The notes under the pieces are model-generated. The model was not told the origin of the DNA. It saw nothing but the letters and a program-made list of their open reading frames with translations, and made no database searches. A DNA stretch of 64,000 nt from a virus. The DNA lies in the IMG/VR virus record IMGVR_UViG_3300046787_000345, positions 8,757-72,756 of that record; one strand, written 5' to 3'. Positions 39,137 through 48,484 of this stretch are shown piece after piece; the first letter of the stretch is position 1, and every line of letters starts with the position of its first letter. Both the position numbers and the translations under genes were made by a program.

Positions 39137-39835
39137 TTATTTATTTAATACTTCTAATAACTTATGAGTTTTTTTTGTTTCATCATTCATTTTACCGATA
39201 TGACAAGAACATGCTAGAACTGATACTTTTTCTAATTCCATATCACTTTCTTTAGCTAAGAATTTACCCATCTCAACTAATGCAGTATAATCTGCATAAC
39301 CTGATTTAGATACTCTATTTGAACGAATAATTGATGTCAGATAAATTTTACCATTACGAGGTTTGATATCAATTGCTAACATACAAGGTTGTGAATATGG
39401 ATTTCTTGCATCTCTGCTTGGGTCAAAGATAATTAATTCACATCTCTTAACTGCTTTACCAGTCTTTAAGATTTTAATTACATTTTCTACCTGATTGAAT
39501 GTTCCTTGCCATGCAACCATTCTACCCCAATATGAATCACTCCATTTATCTTTAATAAATTTATATTCCAATCCTTCTTCTGCTGCAAAGAATGGACTAT
39601 CTGAAACGTGTGGTTGTGGTTCTAAAAATGTTACTGTCTTTGCATAATCAATTCTATCATCACCCATAATTTCTCTAAAATGTGGGTCAAACCAATCATC
39701 AGATTCAAACTTTGTGATTTCAGTCATCACATTTAGTTCTTCGGTTAAATCACCTACTTTTACTCCATTTGCAATAAGGTGTTTAGATACCTTTACCCAT
39801 GCATCGCCGGGGGATGTTGCTTCTATTACTGTCAT
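39137..39835 (-). CDS. Divergent thymidylate synthase / dCMP hydroxymethylase homolog
   Basis: Y.GR...NQ..VI..LK, DP, PC catalytic Cys, RSN, H near the C-terminus. Confidence 0.75.
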   Translation of the reverse strand: MTVIEATSPGDAWVKVSKHLIANGVKVGDLTEELNVMTEITKFESDDWFDPHFREIMGDDRIDYAKTVTFLEPQPHVSDSPFFAAEEGLEYKFIKDKWSDSYWGRMVAWQGTFNQVENVIKILKTGKAVKRCELIIFDPSRDARNPYSQPCMLAIDIKPRNGKIYLTSIIRSNRVSKSGYADYTALVEMGKFLAKESDMELEKVSVLACSCHIGKMNDETKKTHKLLEVLNK

Positions 39836-39846
39836 ATGTGTTTATT

Positions 39847-41079
39847 TTATAATTTACGCCAGACCCATACAGGTTCACCAAACGTTTTATCTTTTGCTTC
39901 TTCGTTCTTTTTCAATTCCTCTTCGGAATATCTTTCTTCATCACCATCTATAATCATCCCTGCCCCTGCAGAACCCGGTCTTTTAGCCATTTCCATACCC
40001 AAACACCCCTCGTAGTGTGCACCGTCTAGAGTGGAAATAAAATCGTTCATAGGATTAGTGATTTCTTGTTGACCTTTACCATCACCTTTCGATGATGCAT
40101 ACACATCGGCAATGTTTATAGCCAAATATCCACCTTTAGCGATAGTAGGCCAAACATTAGCGATTGTCTTATGTAAAAAGTTTTTATTCCAATCATCAAT
40201 TGTTTTATATCTAATCCAACTTTGAGTGTCATCATATGAATAACGTTCTACGTTAAAATAAGGTGGTGAACTGAATACAATATCGAAGTATTCTTTATAT
40301 TCACTCAAATCCAAATCTTCTGCTGGAGATTCATAGAATGTTGATTTCTTTTCCGTTTCGAAGAACCCATTGTTCTTCTCATAGAAATCTGCTTGTTGTC
40401 TATAAATTGGATGATTTTCTTTACGAGGGTCAATACCTACATAATGCTCACCATGCTCGGATGCATAAAATCCACATAATCTATCACCCCATCCTGCTGA
40501 AATATCTAATACGTTTTTTGCTTCTACAAAATCGTATAATACTTTAGCAACGTTTGGTTTAAATTGTGAACAAATGTATTTTCGTAGGGATAGACACGTT
40601 CGTAAAGTATTCTTACTAACCTCATCGAATTTTAATGTATACATTCCACCCATAAGGGAGAACATAAAATCTGGATTATTCCAAGTACGATAAGGACCAG
40701 GTGAAACTGTGCCATCAACACTCCATCTATTTGCTTGTTGGAAATAGTTTGATGCTGGATTACCTGTATTTATTCTACGAACAAATTGTTGTTTTCCTTG
40801 AAATGTTAGTGGGTATTTGGATTCGGTTGCTTTTCGAGGCACCCATTCTCCTTCAGTAAATAATTCATGCCAACGAAATCCTTTTAGTTTAAGGTATTCT
40901 TTTCTGGCTTCTTCTTCAGTAATATCTGCATATGGAATTTCGTATGTTGCTGCTACTTTTGCTAAAGATTCTTTTACATCTTCTCTATCAAAAGTTCTTT
41001 TAATATACTCCCATTCTTCATTACCGATAAAGAGATATGGTGTCATACCATAAAACTTATCAAAATATTCTAAATACAT
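39847..41079 (-). CDS. DNA amino-methyltransferase (N4-C/N6-A type)
   Basis: LDISAGWGDR, FSSPPYF; paralog of 31798..33435. Confidence 0.8.
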   Translation of the reverse strand: MYLEYFDKFYGMTPYLFIGNEEWEYIKRTFDREDVKESLAKVAATYEIPYADITEEEARKEYLKLKGFRWHELFTEGEWVPRKATESKYPLTFQGKQQFVRRINTGNPASNYFQQANRWSVDGTVSPGPYRTWNNPDFMFSLMGGMYTLKFDEVSKNTLRTCLSLRKYICSQFKPNVAKVLYDFVEAKNVLDISAGWGDRLCGFYASEHGEHYVGIDPRKENHPIYRQQADFYEKNNGFFETEKKSTFYESPAEDLDLSEYKEYFDIVFSSPPYFNVERYSYDDTQSWIRYKTIDDWNKNFLHKTIANVWPTIAKGGYLAINIADVYASSKGDGKGQQEITNPMNDFISTLDGAHYEGCLGMEMAKRPGSAGAGMIIDGDEERYSEEELKKNEEAKDKTFGEPVWVWRKL

Positions 41080-41103
41080 AACCTTTTATTCTTTTATATT
41101 TTA

Positions 41104-41135
41104 CAAAGATACGAAAAATATTTCGTATTTCCAAA
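41104..41135 (-). promoter_or_regulatory. Bacteroidota-type sigma promoter heading the modification operon
   Basis: TTTG-N20-TATCTTTG. Confidence 0.8.
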
Positions 41136-41321
41136 TTAAATGTGTGTCCAAGTGTGACGTTTTACGATTTCCTCAACATTCCATTTACTAACTTTAAAGT
41201 TTCTAGCGATAACGTTAGTAGAGAACCCTTGTTTAAAGAGTTCTCTAATTATCCTAACTTGTTCGTTTGTAAGTTTTGCTTTCGGATGATTTTCACCACA
41301 CCTTTTATTTGATACACTCAT
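41136..41321 (-). CDS. Small HTH protein resembling the C-terminal DNA-binding tail of HNH homing endonucleases
   Basis: GENHPKAKLT...V..IR, IARNFKVS..V..I...W.H. Confidence 0.65.
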   Translation of the reverse strand: MSVSNKRCGENHPKAKLTNEQVRIIRELFKQGFSTNVIARNFKVSKWNVEEIVKRHTWTHI

Positions 41322-41568
41322 TTAATGCGTTTACATAAGTCATTTTAGAACTCATTCCAGTGAATCGTTCTATTTCCTTACCATCTTGTTCAATGATAAC
41401 AGTTGGTACGGAACGTATTCCATATTTAGTTGCTTCATCATACGCAACATCAACATCATAATCCTCAAATGTTACATTTGGGAATTGTCCTTTTACTTCG
41501 TTTATTACTGGTGCCAATGCTTTACATGGACCACACCATGCTGCTGAGAATTTTTTTAATGTTATCAT
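41305..41568 (-). CDS. trxA: Thioredoxin
   Basis: WCGPC, IRSVPT. Confidence 0.93.
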   Translation of the reverse strand: MITLKKFSAAWCGPCKALAPVINEVKGQFPNVTFEDYDVDVAYDEATKYGIRSVPTVIIEQDGKEIERFTGMSSKMTYVNALNECIK

Positions 41569-41586
41569 CTTTTGTTTTCTTTTATT

Positions 41587-43368
41587 TTATCCATCACAAC
41601 TTAAACATTCAGGGTCCATTGCTTTTGTTGCAATGTCACCTCTCAATACGGATTCAGTTCTCATATAGTATAATGTTTTTACACCTTGTTTCCAAGCTTC
41701 TAATGTTACCTGATTAATCCATTTTGGTTCTGCAATTGCAGGAAATGCTAAGTTTAATGAAACTGATTGGTCAATATATTGTTGTCTAATTCCTGCTTGT
41801 CTTACTAAATCTAACTGATTGATTTCTTTAAATGTTTTGAATACATCTTTAACATTAAATGTTTTGTGTTTATCTTCGGTTGAAATTTCCGAACATAAAA
41901 CTACCTTACCATTTACGAAACACCAATTATCCAATTCAGCGATATCTTGTATAGAACCCCCATCTGCAAGAATTTTATCCCAAGTTTCTTTTGTGTTTAT
42001 ACCAACTTTCTTTAATATTTTTTCTAATTCAGAATTTCTTCTAATGAAAGTTCCTTTTGATGTTTGTTCGGTAAATACATTTGCAGCCCAAGGCTCAATA
42101 CCGGAACTAACATCTCCACTCAATTTGGAATTAGAAACTGTTGGTGCGATTGCTCTTAGGTGAGTATTACGGAATCCACTATCTTTACACCATAATGGTT
42201 CACCATATTCAGATGCCATATCTCTACTTGCTTGCTCTGATTCAATTTTCATTTGAGAGAAAATCTTACGAGTTTCAAATTGAGCAGTCATACCTTCGAA
42301 TGGAATACCTCTTTGTTGTAAATAAGTGTGCCATCCTAATACACCTAATCCCAATGCTCTACCTTTTTCTGCTGAACGAACTGAATTCTCAAATCCTTTC
42401 ATATTCTTTGCTTTCTGAATGAACTCTGAAAGAACACCATCTAAGAAATACGTTGCTGTATAAATTAAATCCGTATCTTTCCATTCATCATACTTTGCTA
42501 AGTTTAATGAAGATAAACAACATACAAATGAATGTGATTCATCGGTATGTAATGTGATTTCAGAACATATATTAGTCATAAACACCTTCAATCCATTTTG
42601 TTTGTACATTGATGGATTTTGTTTGTTTACATTACCCTTAAACATAATATAGGGTTCACCTGTTGCTTTTCTTTTTTGTAAAAGTTTAGACCACTTTCTA
42701 CGAGCATCTTCATCACCATCTTGTAGTTTTCTCATAAACTTATCACCAACCACTGCACATTGATGAAGATTTAAACATTGACGATTAACATCACCCTTCG
42801 GTTCTCTAATCTCCAACCAATCTTCAAAATCTTTATGTTCGATGTTTAAGTTTACTGATGCTGCACCTCTTCGTACTGAACCTTGATTTGTTGCAAGGAT
42901 TGTAGAATCGTATATCTTTGCAAATGGTACGATTCCATCTGATGTACCATTACCGGTAATCATTGAACCTGCTGGTCTGATTTGGTTTATTCCAATACCA
43001 ACACCACCACCATGTTTTGCCAATAACATTAACTCTAAGTTTTTGTTACCAATATCAAAGATTGAATCTGCAACATCAATACCAAAACAAGATATAGGTA
43101 AACCTCTATCAGTGCCGGTATTTGATAATACAGGAGTTGCTAAACATAACCAACCACGCCAGATGTAATCGAAGAATTTCGAAGCAAGTTGTGGTTTGTT
43201 CAAACGTTGTGCAACCTTTGTAGAAACTCTCCAATATGCATCTTTTGGTGTTTCACCGGGTAGTAAGTAACCTTTGGATATAGTTTTTATATATACCTCC
43301 GTATTACCCCACTCTGGAAAATCGACACCTAATTCCCAACCCAAATCTTCTGCGTTATTTTTTGCCAT
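41587..43368 (-). CDS. nrdA: Ribonucleotide reductase class I alpha subunit
   Basis: ISCF, TNICSEI, CCLSS, APT, KTLYY, C-terminal CLSC. Confidence 0.96.
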   Translation of the reverse strand: MAKNNAEDLGWELGVDFPEWGNTEVYIKTISKGYLLPGETPKDAYWRVSTKVAQRLNKPQLASKFFDYIWRGWLCLATPVLSNTGTDRGLPISCFGIDVADSIFDIGNKNLELMLLAKHGGGVGIGINQIRPAGSMITGNGTSDGIVPFAKIYDSTILATNQGSVRRGAASVNLNIEHKDFEDWLEIREPKGDVNRQCLNLHQCAVVGDKFMRKLQDGDEDARRKWSKLLQKRKATGEPYIMFKGNVNKQNPSMYKQNGLKVFMTNICSEITLHTDESHSFVCCLSSLNLAKYDEWKDTDLIYTATYFLDGVLSEFIQKAKNMKGFENSVRSAEKGRALGLGVLGWHTYLQQRGIPFEGMTAQFETRKIFSQMKIESEQASRDMASEYGEPLWCKDSGFRNTHLRAIAPTVSNSKLSGDVSSGIEPWAANVFTEQTSKGTFIRRNSELEKILKKVGINTKETWDKILADGGSIQDIAELDNWCFVNGKVVLCSEISTEDKHKTFNVKDVFKTFKEINQLDLVRQAGIRQQYIDQSVSLNLAFPAIAEPKWINQVTLEAWKQGVKTLYYMRTESVLRGDIATKAMDPECLSCDG

Positions 43369-43384
43369 AATTTACTTTCTATTT

Positions 43385-44398
43385 TTAAAATATATCTCCC
43401 CAATCTTCACCTTCTCCTGCTTTTGAATAATCAGTTGGTCTGATTGCAAAGAAATCGGTGTGAGTTAAACCACCTGTCAAATGGTAGAACCAATCTAATT
43501 CGGATGCAGAATCTACATCGAATGGGAAATAATCATCCCCACCGGGGATTGGATTGTATCCTAACTCTGCTAATTTTTCATTAACACGTTTTACGATAAA
43601 GTTTTTTAAATCTTCTTTTCTAAGATTTTCTAAATCACCTCTTTCAAACATTTTATCAATAAATTTATGTTCTAAATCAATGATAAGTTTTCCTGCTTCG
43701 TAAATTGATGATTTAGCTTCTTCTAATAGTTCTGGGAATTCTTCACACATATGTCTGAATAATTGACAACCCATTCTACTATGAAGTGATTCATCTCTTA
43801 CACTCCATTTCATTTGTTGACCAATTCCTTTTAACTTATTTCTCATTTGAAATGAGTAAAGAACTGCAAATGATGAATATAGAGATACTCCTTCCGAAAA
43901 TGCTGAGAATATTGCCAAACTTCTGGCAACTTCCCTTCTTGCAATAGGATTGGTATCCAAATCTTTTGGTGTCCAATCTGCAGTGGTTTCGGTTAGCAAA
44001 GTAAACTTCTCTGCAATAGCAGGTTCGTGCAAGAATGCAGAGAAGTCATCTAAGCCTAATGTTTCATTCAGATATGAATATGCAGTAGCATGAATAGTTT
44101 CTTGCGAACCAAACATCATTGCCATTTGTCTTATTTCATGTTTTGGAAACCACTTGGTAACCATACCAGTCCAATAATCACTCACAGCACATTCCGTTTG
44201 GGCAAACCCTAAAAGAATATTACCAACTAAATGTTTTTCAGATTCAGTAAGATTTTCATTCCAATCTTTGATATCACCTTGCATTGGAATTTCAGTATGT
44301 AACCAAAAAGCTTGTGCTTGTTTCAACCAACCCTCCGTATAATAGTCAGGAAATTCGAATGGTTTGAAAGGTACTCTTTCAGTAAATAGTTTGCTCAT
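43385..44398 (-). CDS. nrdB: Ribonucleotide reductase class I beta subunit
   Basis: W...E, E.IH..AY, EG, RDESLH, DFF. Confidence 0.96.
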   Translation of the reverse strand: MSKLFTERVPFKPFEFPDYYTEGWLKQAQAFWLHTEIPMQGDIKDWNENLTESEKHLVGNILLGFAQTECAVSDYWTGMVTKWFPKHEIRQMAMMFGSQETIHATAYSYLNETLGLDDFSAFLHEPAIAEKFTLLTETTADWTPKDLDTNPIARREVARSLAIFSAFSEGVSLYSSFAVLYSFQMRNKLKGIGQQMKWSVRDESLHSRMGCQLFRHMCEEFPELLEEAKSSIYEAGKLIIDLEHKFIDKMFERGDLENLRKEDLKNFIVKRVNEKLAELGYNPIPGGDDYFPFDVDSASELDWFYHLTGGLTHTDFFAIRPTDYSKAGEGEDWGDIF

Positions 44399-44407
44399 CG
44401 TTATAAT

Positions 44408-44578
44408 TTATTTTGCTTCTTCTACTGATTGTTTTCTATATTCTGTAATAAGTTTTTTTAGTTCACCAATTGCTTTTCTTGCTCTTGACTTTGCTGCTTT
44501 TGTTGTTCCGTTGTGTTCGGTTTCAAATTGAACGAATAAATCCTTCATTTGTTCAAATAATTCTTGTGAATTTGCCAT
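44408..44578 (-). CDS. Histone H1-like (Hc1 family) small basic protein (not in the ORF track)
   Basis: Manual translation: MANSQELFEQMKDLFVQFETEHNGTTKAAKSRARKAIGELKKLITEYRKQSVEEAK; KAA..RARK...L.KL..EYRK.S motif. Confidence 0.75.
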   Translation of the reverse strand: MANSQELFEQMKDLFVQFETEHNGTTKAAKSRARKAIGELKKLITEYRKQSVEEAK

Positions 44579-44630
44579 AAATTTTTATTTTTTAAATTAA
44601 ACATACCCAACCCAGAATGGAGTTGGTGAG

Positions 44631-44639
44631 TATAACTAT
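44631..44639 (-). promoter_or_regulatory. Class-2 promoter motif variant ATAGTTATA
   Basis: Upstream of the Hc1-nrdB-nrdA run, followed by a short hairpin. Confidence 0.4.
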
Positions 44640-44736
44640 TGTATATATTGAAAAACGAAATAGAATTTTTAATAATTTTTTTTATCTTTTTTATTATCCC
44701 ATATTAACCCAATAGAATCTCTTTATTATAATATAG

Positions 44737-46095
44737 TTACCCCATATTTTCTACATACTTCTTATGAAGTAATTGTTTTTGAACTAATTGTCCATTGGCA
44801 GATTCTTTCGTAGCCATAATACCATCTGATGATGAAGCATCATAAACTTCGATAAATCCGGTATTAGTATCCATCTTACATGGGAACGTAATTCCATCTG
44901 GCCCGAATCTATTTTTCATAACGTGAGCTCTTGCAGTATTGTTCAATTTATCTTTTGATTTTCTACTCCAACTCATAATGAAATCTGCGTTCATAACCTT
45001 TGCATATGAATCTGCAATCTTATCTGCCTCAATTACATCGGAATCAATCGCAGAACGATTGGTTTGTGATGCAGTCCAGACAGGGATTCTTAGTTCACCA
45101 CCCATTCCTCTAAGGTCAATATATACACCTCCTTGTTCAGCATAAGTGGAATCAGTTTTGTTCGAATGTGATAGTAATAAATCAGCATAATCTACAATGA
45201 TTAAATCAGGTTTATTTCCTGCAGCAATCATCTTTTCAATATGTAGTTGTAATTTCTTAACCGATACACCTTTTGGTGGGTAGTATTTGATAAGTAACTT
45301 ACCTTTTAATCCACCTATTTTATGTCTAACCTCGTCTCTCTTATCTTTTAAGTCAGCAGAAGGAATGTGAGTAAAAACAGTATCATATCTAGCACCTACA
45401 TAGTGTTCGGATAATTCCATTGTGTAGTGAACTACACTTAAACCAGCTCTAACAGCAGATGCACCTAATGCAGTTAGAATCCAAGTCTTACCAACACCTG
45501 ATGGTGCAACTACTACTCCCAATTCACCTGGTCCTAAACCACCATCCATTAAATCCGTAATTGGTTTCCAATCGGTTGGGACAGTATCTCGTTTAACATC
45601 AGTTGCACGGTCTTCGTAATCCAAAATGTAATCGTGACCTAAATCATTTTCTACACCAACTTTCATTGCTTTATCAACCAAATCTTTGATTTTATCAAAG
45701 TTACCTGCTTTCAATAAATCTACTGATTGTAGAATTACCTGTTTTAGATTTTGGTTTTTACAAAACGATGAAAATTCGTTTTTGATATAATCGGAATCAA
45801 CATTACCTACTTGAGTATAGACGTGACGTAATTGTTCTATTATAGTAGTTTCTAATCCCTTATTCTCTAATTTTGATATCCGTACCTTAAAAACATCCAA
45901 TGATGGTGTTTTTTTGTACTCATTATGGTATGATAATATCTCACCTACTATCCATTTATTAGCATCCGATTCAAAGAATTTAGGAGTAACAATTTCAGAT
46001 ATTTGGTCTAAGAATTTTTCATCAGTTAGTAACGCAGATACAACTTTTGATTGAAAGGATTGCCCATACTTCGCTAAGTTGTCTATCTCTTGCAT
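44737..46095 (-). CDS. Replicative DnaB/gp41-like helicase
   Basis: APSGVGKT, TMEL, IIVDYAD, TASQTNR, KNRFG. Confidence 0.93.
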   Translation of the reverse strand: MQEIDNLAKYGQSFQSKVVSALLTDEKFLDQISEIVTPKFFESDANKWIVGEILSYHNEYKKTPSLDVFKVRISKLENKGLETTIIEQLRHVYTQVGNVDSDYIKNEFSSFCKNQNLKQVILQSVDLLKAGNFDKIKDLVDKAMKVGVENDLGHDYILDYEDRATDVKRDTVPTDWKPITDLMDGGLGPGELGVVVAPSGVGKTWILTALGASAVRAGLSVVHYTMELSEHYVGARYDTVFTHIPSADLKDKRDEVRHKIGGLKGKLLIKYYPPKGVSVKKLQLHIEKMIAAGNKPDLIIVDYADLLLSHSNKTDSTYAEQGGVYIDLRGMGGELRIPVWTASQTNRSAIDSDVIEADKIADSYAKVMNADFIMSWSRKSKDKLNNTARAHVMKNRFGPDGITFPCKMDTNTGFIEVYDASSSDGIMATKESANGQLVQKQLLHKKYVENMG

Positions 46096-46268
46096 TATTT
46101 ATCCTCGTTTACTACTTTTTGAACTCTTGTTGCTGATTTCCATTCTGATTTAGGACAGAATCCCCATACACCAGTACTCACTTTTGAATCAGCTTCATTA
46201 TTACCTACTCTACGAATAGTTCCTAATTTATTGTCTTTTGTTTCTTTGATTACTTTAATACACTTCAT
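46095..46268 (-). CDS. Hypothetical 57-aa protein (not in the ORF track)
   Basis: MKCIKVIKETKDNKLGTIRRV...WGFCPKSEWK...; stop overlaps the helicase ATG. Confidence 0.6.
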   Translation of the reverse strand: MKCIKVIKETKDNKLGTIRRVGNNEADSKVSTGVWGFCPKSEWKSATRVQKVVNEDK

Positions 46269-46291
46269 AGTTTTTCTCCATGTTTAAATTG

Positions 46292-47335
46292 TTAGTTAAT
46301 TATAATATTTCCAAACGTTCCTTTTAACCAATCGTTTAAATCACCAAAGCTATTTGTAACTTTGTACTTTAAACACACTTTCATAAAATCTAATTTATTG
46401 AGAGGGTTTAGTGGTTCGTTGAATTTATCCAAAATTTGCATCTTAATGATTCCACTAATGTCAGGGTCTTTTAACTGCATCAATTCGTGGTTCATTAGGA
46501 TTTGTTCTTTTGATTCTAAGATATCATTGTATAGTTTGATTTTACCCTTCTTTTCTTCACATAAACGTAGTAAATCATCAACAGATAATTCTACCTCCTC
46601 AGTCAGTTCAGGAAACCTCTTTACAAGGGTTTTAATACCACATCCATTAACTCCTGGTATATTATCTGATTTATCACCATCTAAAATACGATAAAGTAAT
46701 AGGTTTTTGGATTCTAACCCAAATTCATCTTTAATTGCTTTCTTATTGTAAATTTTCTTCTTAGTAGGAGACCAAACGATGGTCTTGTCATTTACCAATT
46801 GTAGGAAATCCTTATCGGTAGACATTACCACCGCTTGTTCATCCTCTTTAAGAAGTTGGGTGGCGATATACGCCATAACATCATCTGCTTCAACACCATC
46901 ATAAATCATAGTAGTTACAGGTAGGTGATGTAACATTTCTGCTAACCAAACGAATTGTCTCTTCATTGATTCACGTTCATCTTCAACGTTCATCATTTCA
47001 GCATATTGACGATTCACTCTTAATTTGTTAGGGTCTCTGTCTGCTTTATATCCACTAAATCGTTTTTTACGATTAGCAGAACCACCCTTACCATCGAAAA
47101 CTACAATAACACGAGTAGGTTGAGTTTGACGGATTGCGTAACCTATTGATTTTAATACACCCGTTACACCAGCAACGTGGTCGCCATCTTCATTCATTGT
47201 GGGAATGGATGACCAGCAACGGATGAATGTGTTTAATCCATCAATTATAAGAACTCTCGAGTTTTTCGTTTTGGTAGAATTACTCGTATATTCTTTCTCT
47301 ACCGATTCTAAAATGTTTTTGTATATTGCTTTCAA
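46292..47335 (-). CDS. 5'-3' exonuclease / flap endonuclease (T4 RNase H, PolI N-domain-like)
   Basis: IIDGLN, VVFDG, YKA.R, EADD, STDKDF, GDKSDNIPG. Confidence 0.93.
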   Translation of the reverse strand: MKAIYKNILESVEKEYTSNSTKTKNSRVLIIDGLNTFIRCWSSIPTMNEDGDHVAGVTGVLKSIGYAIRQTQPTRVIVVFDGKGGSANRKKRFSGYKADRDPNKLRVNRQYAEMMNVEDERESMKRQFVWLAEMLHHLPVTTMIYDGVEADDVMAYIATQLLKEDEQAVVMSTDKDFLQLVNDKTIVWSPTKKKIYNKKAIKDEFGLESKNLLLYRILDGDKSDNIPGVNGCGIKTLVKRFPELTEEVELSVDDLLRLCEEKKGKIKLYNDILESKEQILMNHELMQLKDPDISGIIKMQILDKFNEPLNPLNKLDFMKVCLKYKVTNSFGDLNDWLKGTFGNIIIN

Positions 47336-47346
47336 TGCCTTTCTTT

Positions 47347-48471
47347 TTAGTCATCCATACCAGGACCTGAAACATCTATTTCTAAATCTTCCATGTCAAT
47401 ACCATCGGATTTGTATTGTAAAATTGTAGATTCACAAATCTTTTTATAAATTTGTTCTCTAACCTCTTCTCTTTCCGTCATCAAAGGAATGAAATCCTTA
47501 GATTGGAATTTGATGATTTCACCAGTATCAGTATCAGTATATTCATACCATGCACCGGCTTGTTTTACGATTTTATTGTCTTTCATTACGGACAACCACG
47601 AACCATAGTTATCAATACCTCTATCAAAGAAGATATCAAAATCTGCTGCTCTCAATGGTGGACCCATTCGGTTTTTCACAACTTGTGCTCTAACCTTCAT
47701 TCCAACAATTCTATCGTTACCACCAACTTTAGATTTAATCTGTCCCATTCCTTTCAAACGTAATCTTACGGATGCGTGGAATGCCAATGCCTTACCACCC
47801 GAAGTTGTCCAAGGGTCACCGAATGGCATTGCGTTCATCTTCTGTCTTAATTGGTTAGTATATACTAATAAGATTTTTTGTCTACCAATCATATTAGTAA
47901 TCTTTCGCATCGCCTTAGAAATGATGATTGCTTTATCGGTTGCATAACCATCTTTACCATAATCAGCTGCCAACTCCGTTTTTGTTGATGCGGCTGCAAC
48001 TGAATCGGTTACAATTGTTACCAAACGATTTTTATCAGTTTGTCTAACTTTTTCAATAATGGTTTCAGTAAAATCAAAGATTTGTTCAACTGAATCCGCA
48101 GATACATAAAGTAATTTTTTCACATCCACACCGATTGCTTCTAAAAATTCTCTACTTACTGCTGTTTCAGTATCAATCAATACTGCAACTCCACCTTGTT
48201 TCTGCGTTTCCGCAAGTAAGTGGGCTGATAGTAATGATTTACCACTTTGTTCTAACCCCGTTACCTCAACAATTCTACCAACTGGCAAACCACCATAAGG
48301 ACGATTTGAAATCGCTACATCTAGCATTGCACATCCGGTTGATACCCATCCCTCAACGTTTGTAGGGGTCGAATCATCATCCAAAAAGAATGCTACCTTT
48401 TGGTCTTTTGATTGTTTATTTAGCTCACCCGCTAGGATATCGGCTAAATCCAATTCTTCTTTTTTTGCCAT
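47347..48471 (-). CDS. recA: RecA/UvsX recombinase
   Basis: GRIVEV.G.EQSGKS, IDTE, DSVAA, NQLR, GGKAL.F. Confidence 0.95.
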   Translation of the reverse strand: MAKKEELDLADILAGELNKQSKDQKVAFFLDDDSTPTNVEGWVSTGCAMLDVAISNRPYGGLPVGRIVEVTGLEQSGKSLLSAHLLAETQKQGGVAVLIDTETAVSREFLEAIGVDVKKLLYVSADSVEQIFDFTETIIEKVRQTDKNRLVTIVTDSVAAASTKTELAADYGKDGYATDKAIIISKAMRKITNMIGRQKILLVYTNQLRQKMNAMPFGDPWTTSGGKALAFHASVRLRLKGMGQIKSKVGGNDRIVGMKVRAQVVKNRMGPPLRAADFDIFFDRGIDNYGSWLSVMKDNKIVKQAGAWYEYTDTDTGEIIKFQSKDFIPLMTEREEVREQIYKKICESTILQYKSDGIDMEDLEIDVSGPGMDD

Positions 48472-48484
48472 AAAATGGGTTTAA

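Noticed and set aside
44694-44748. 11/12-bp direct repeat of the helicase 3' end (ttatcccatatt / ttaccccatatt)
   Set aside because: Too short in AT-rich DNA to support an insertion scar
34225-48471. Inteins or introns in PolB, NrdA, helicase or RecA
   Set aside because: Lengths are normal, motifs are contiguous, and there are no C...HN splice signatures
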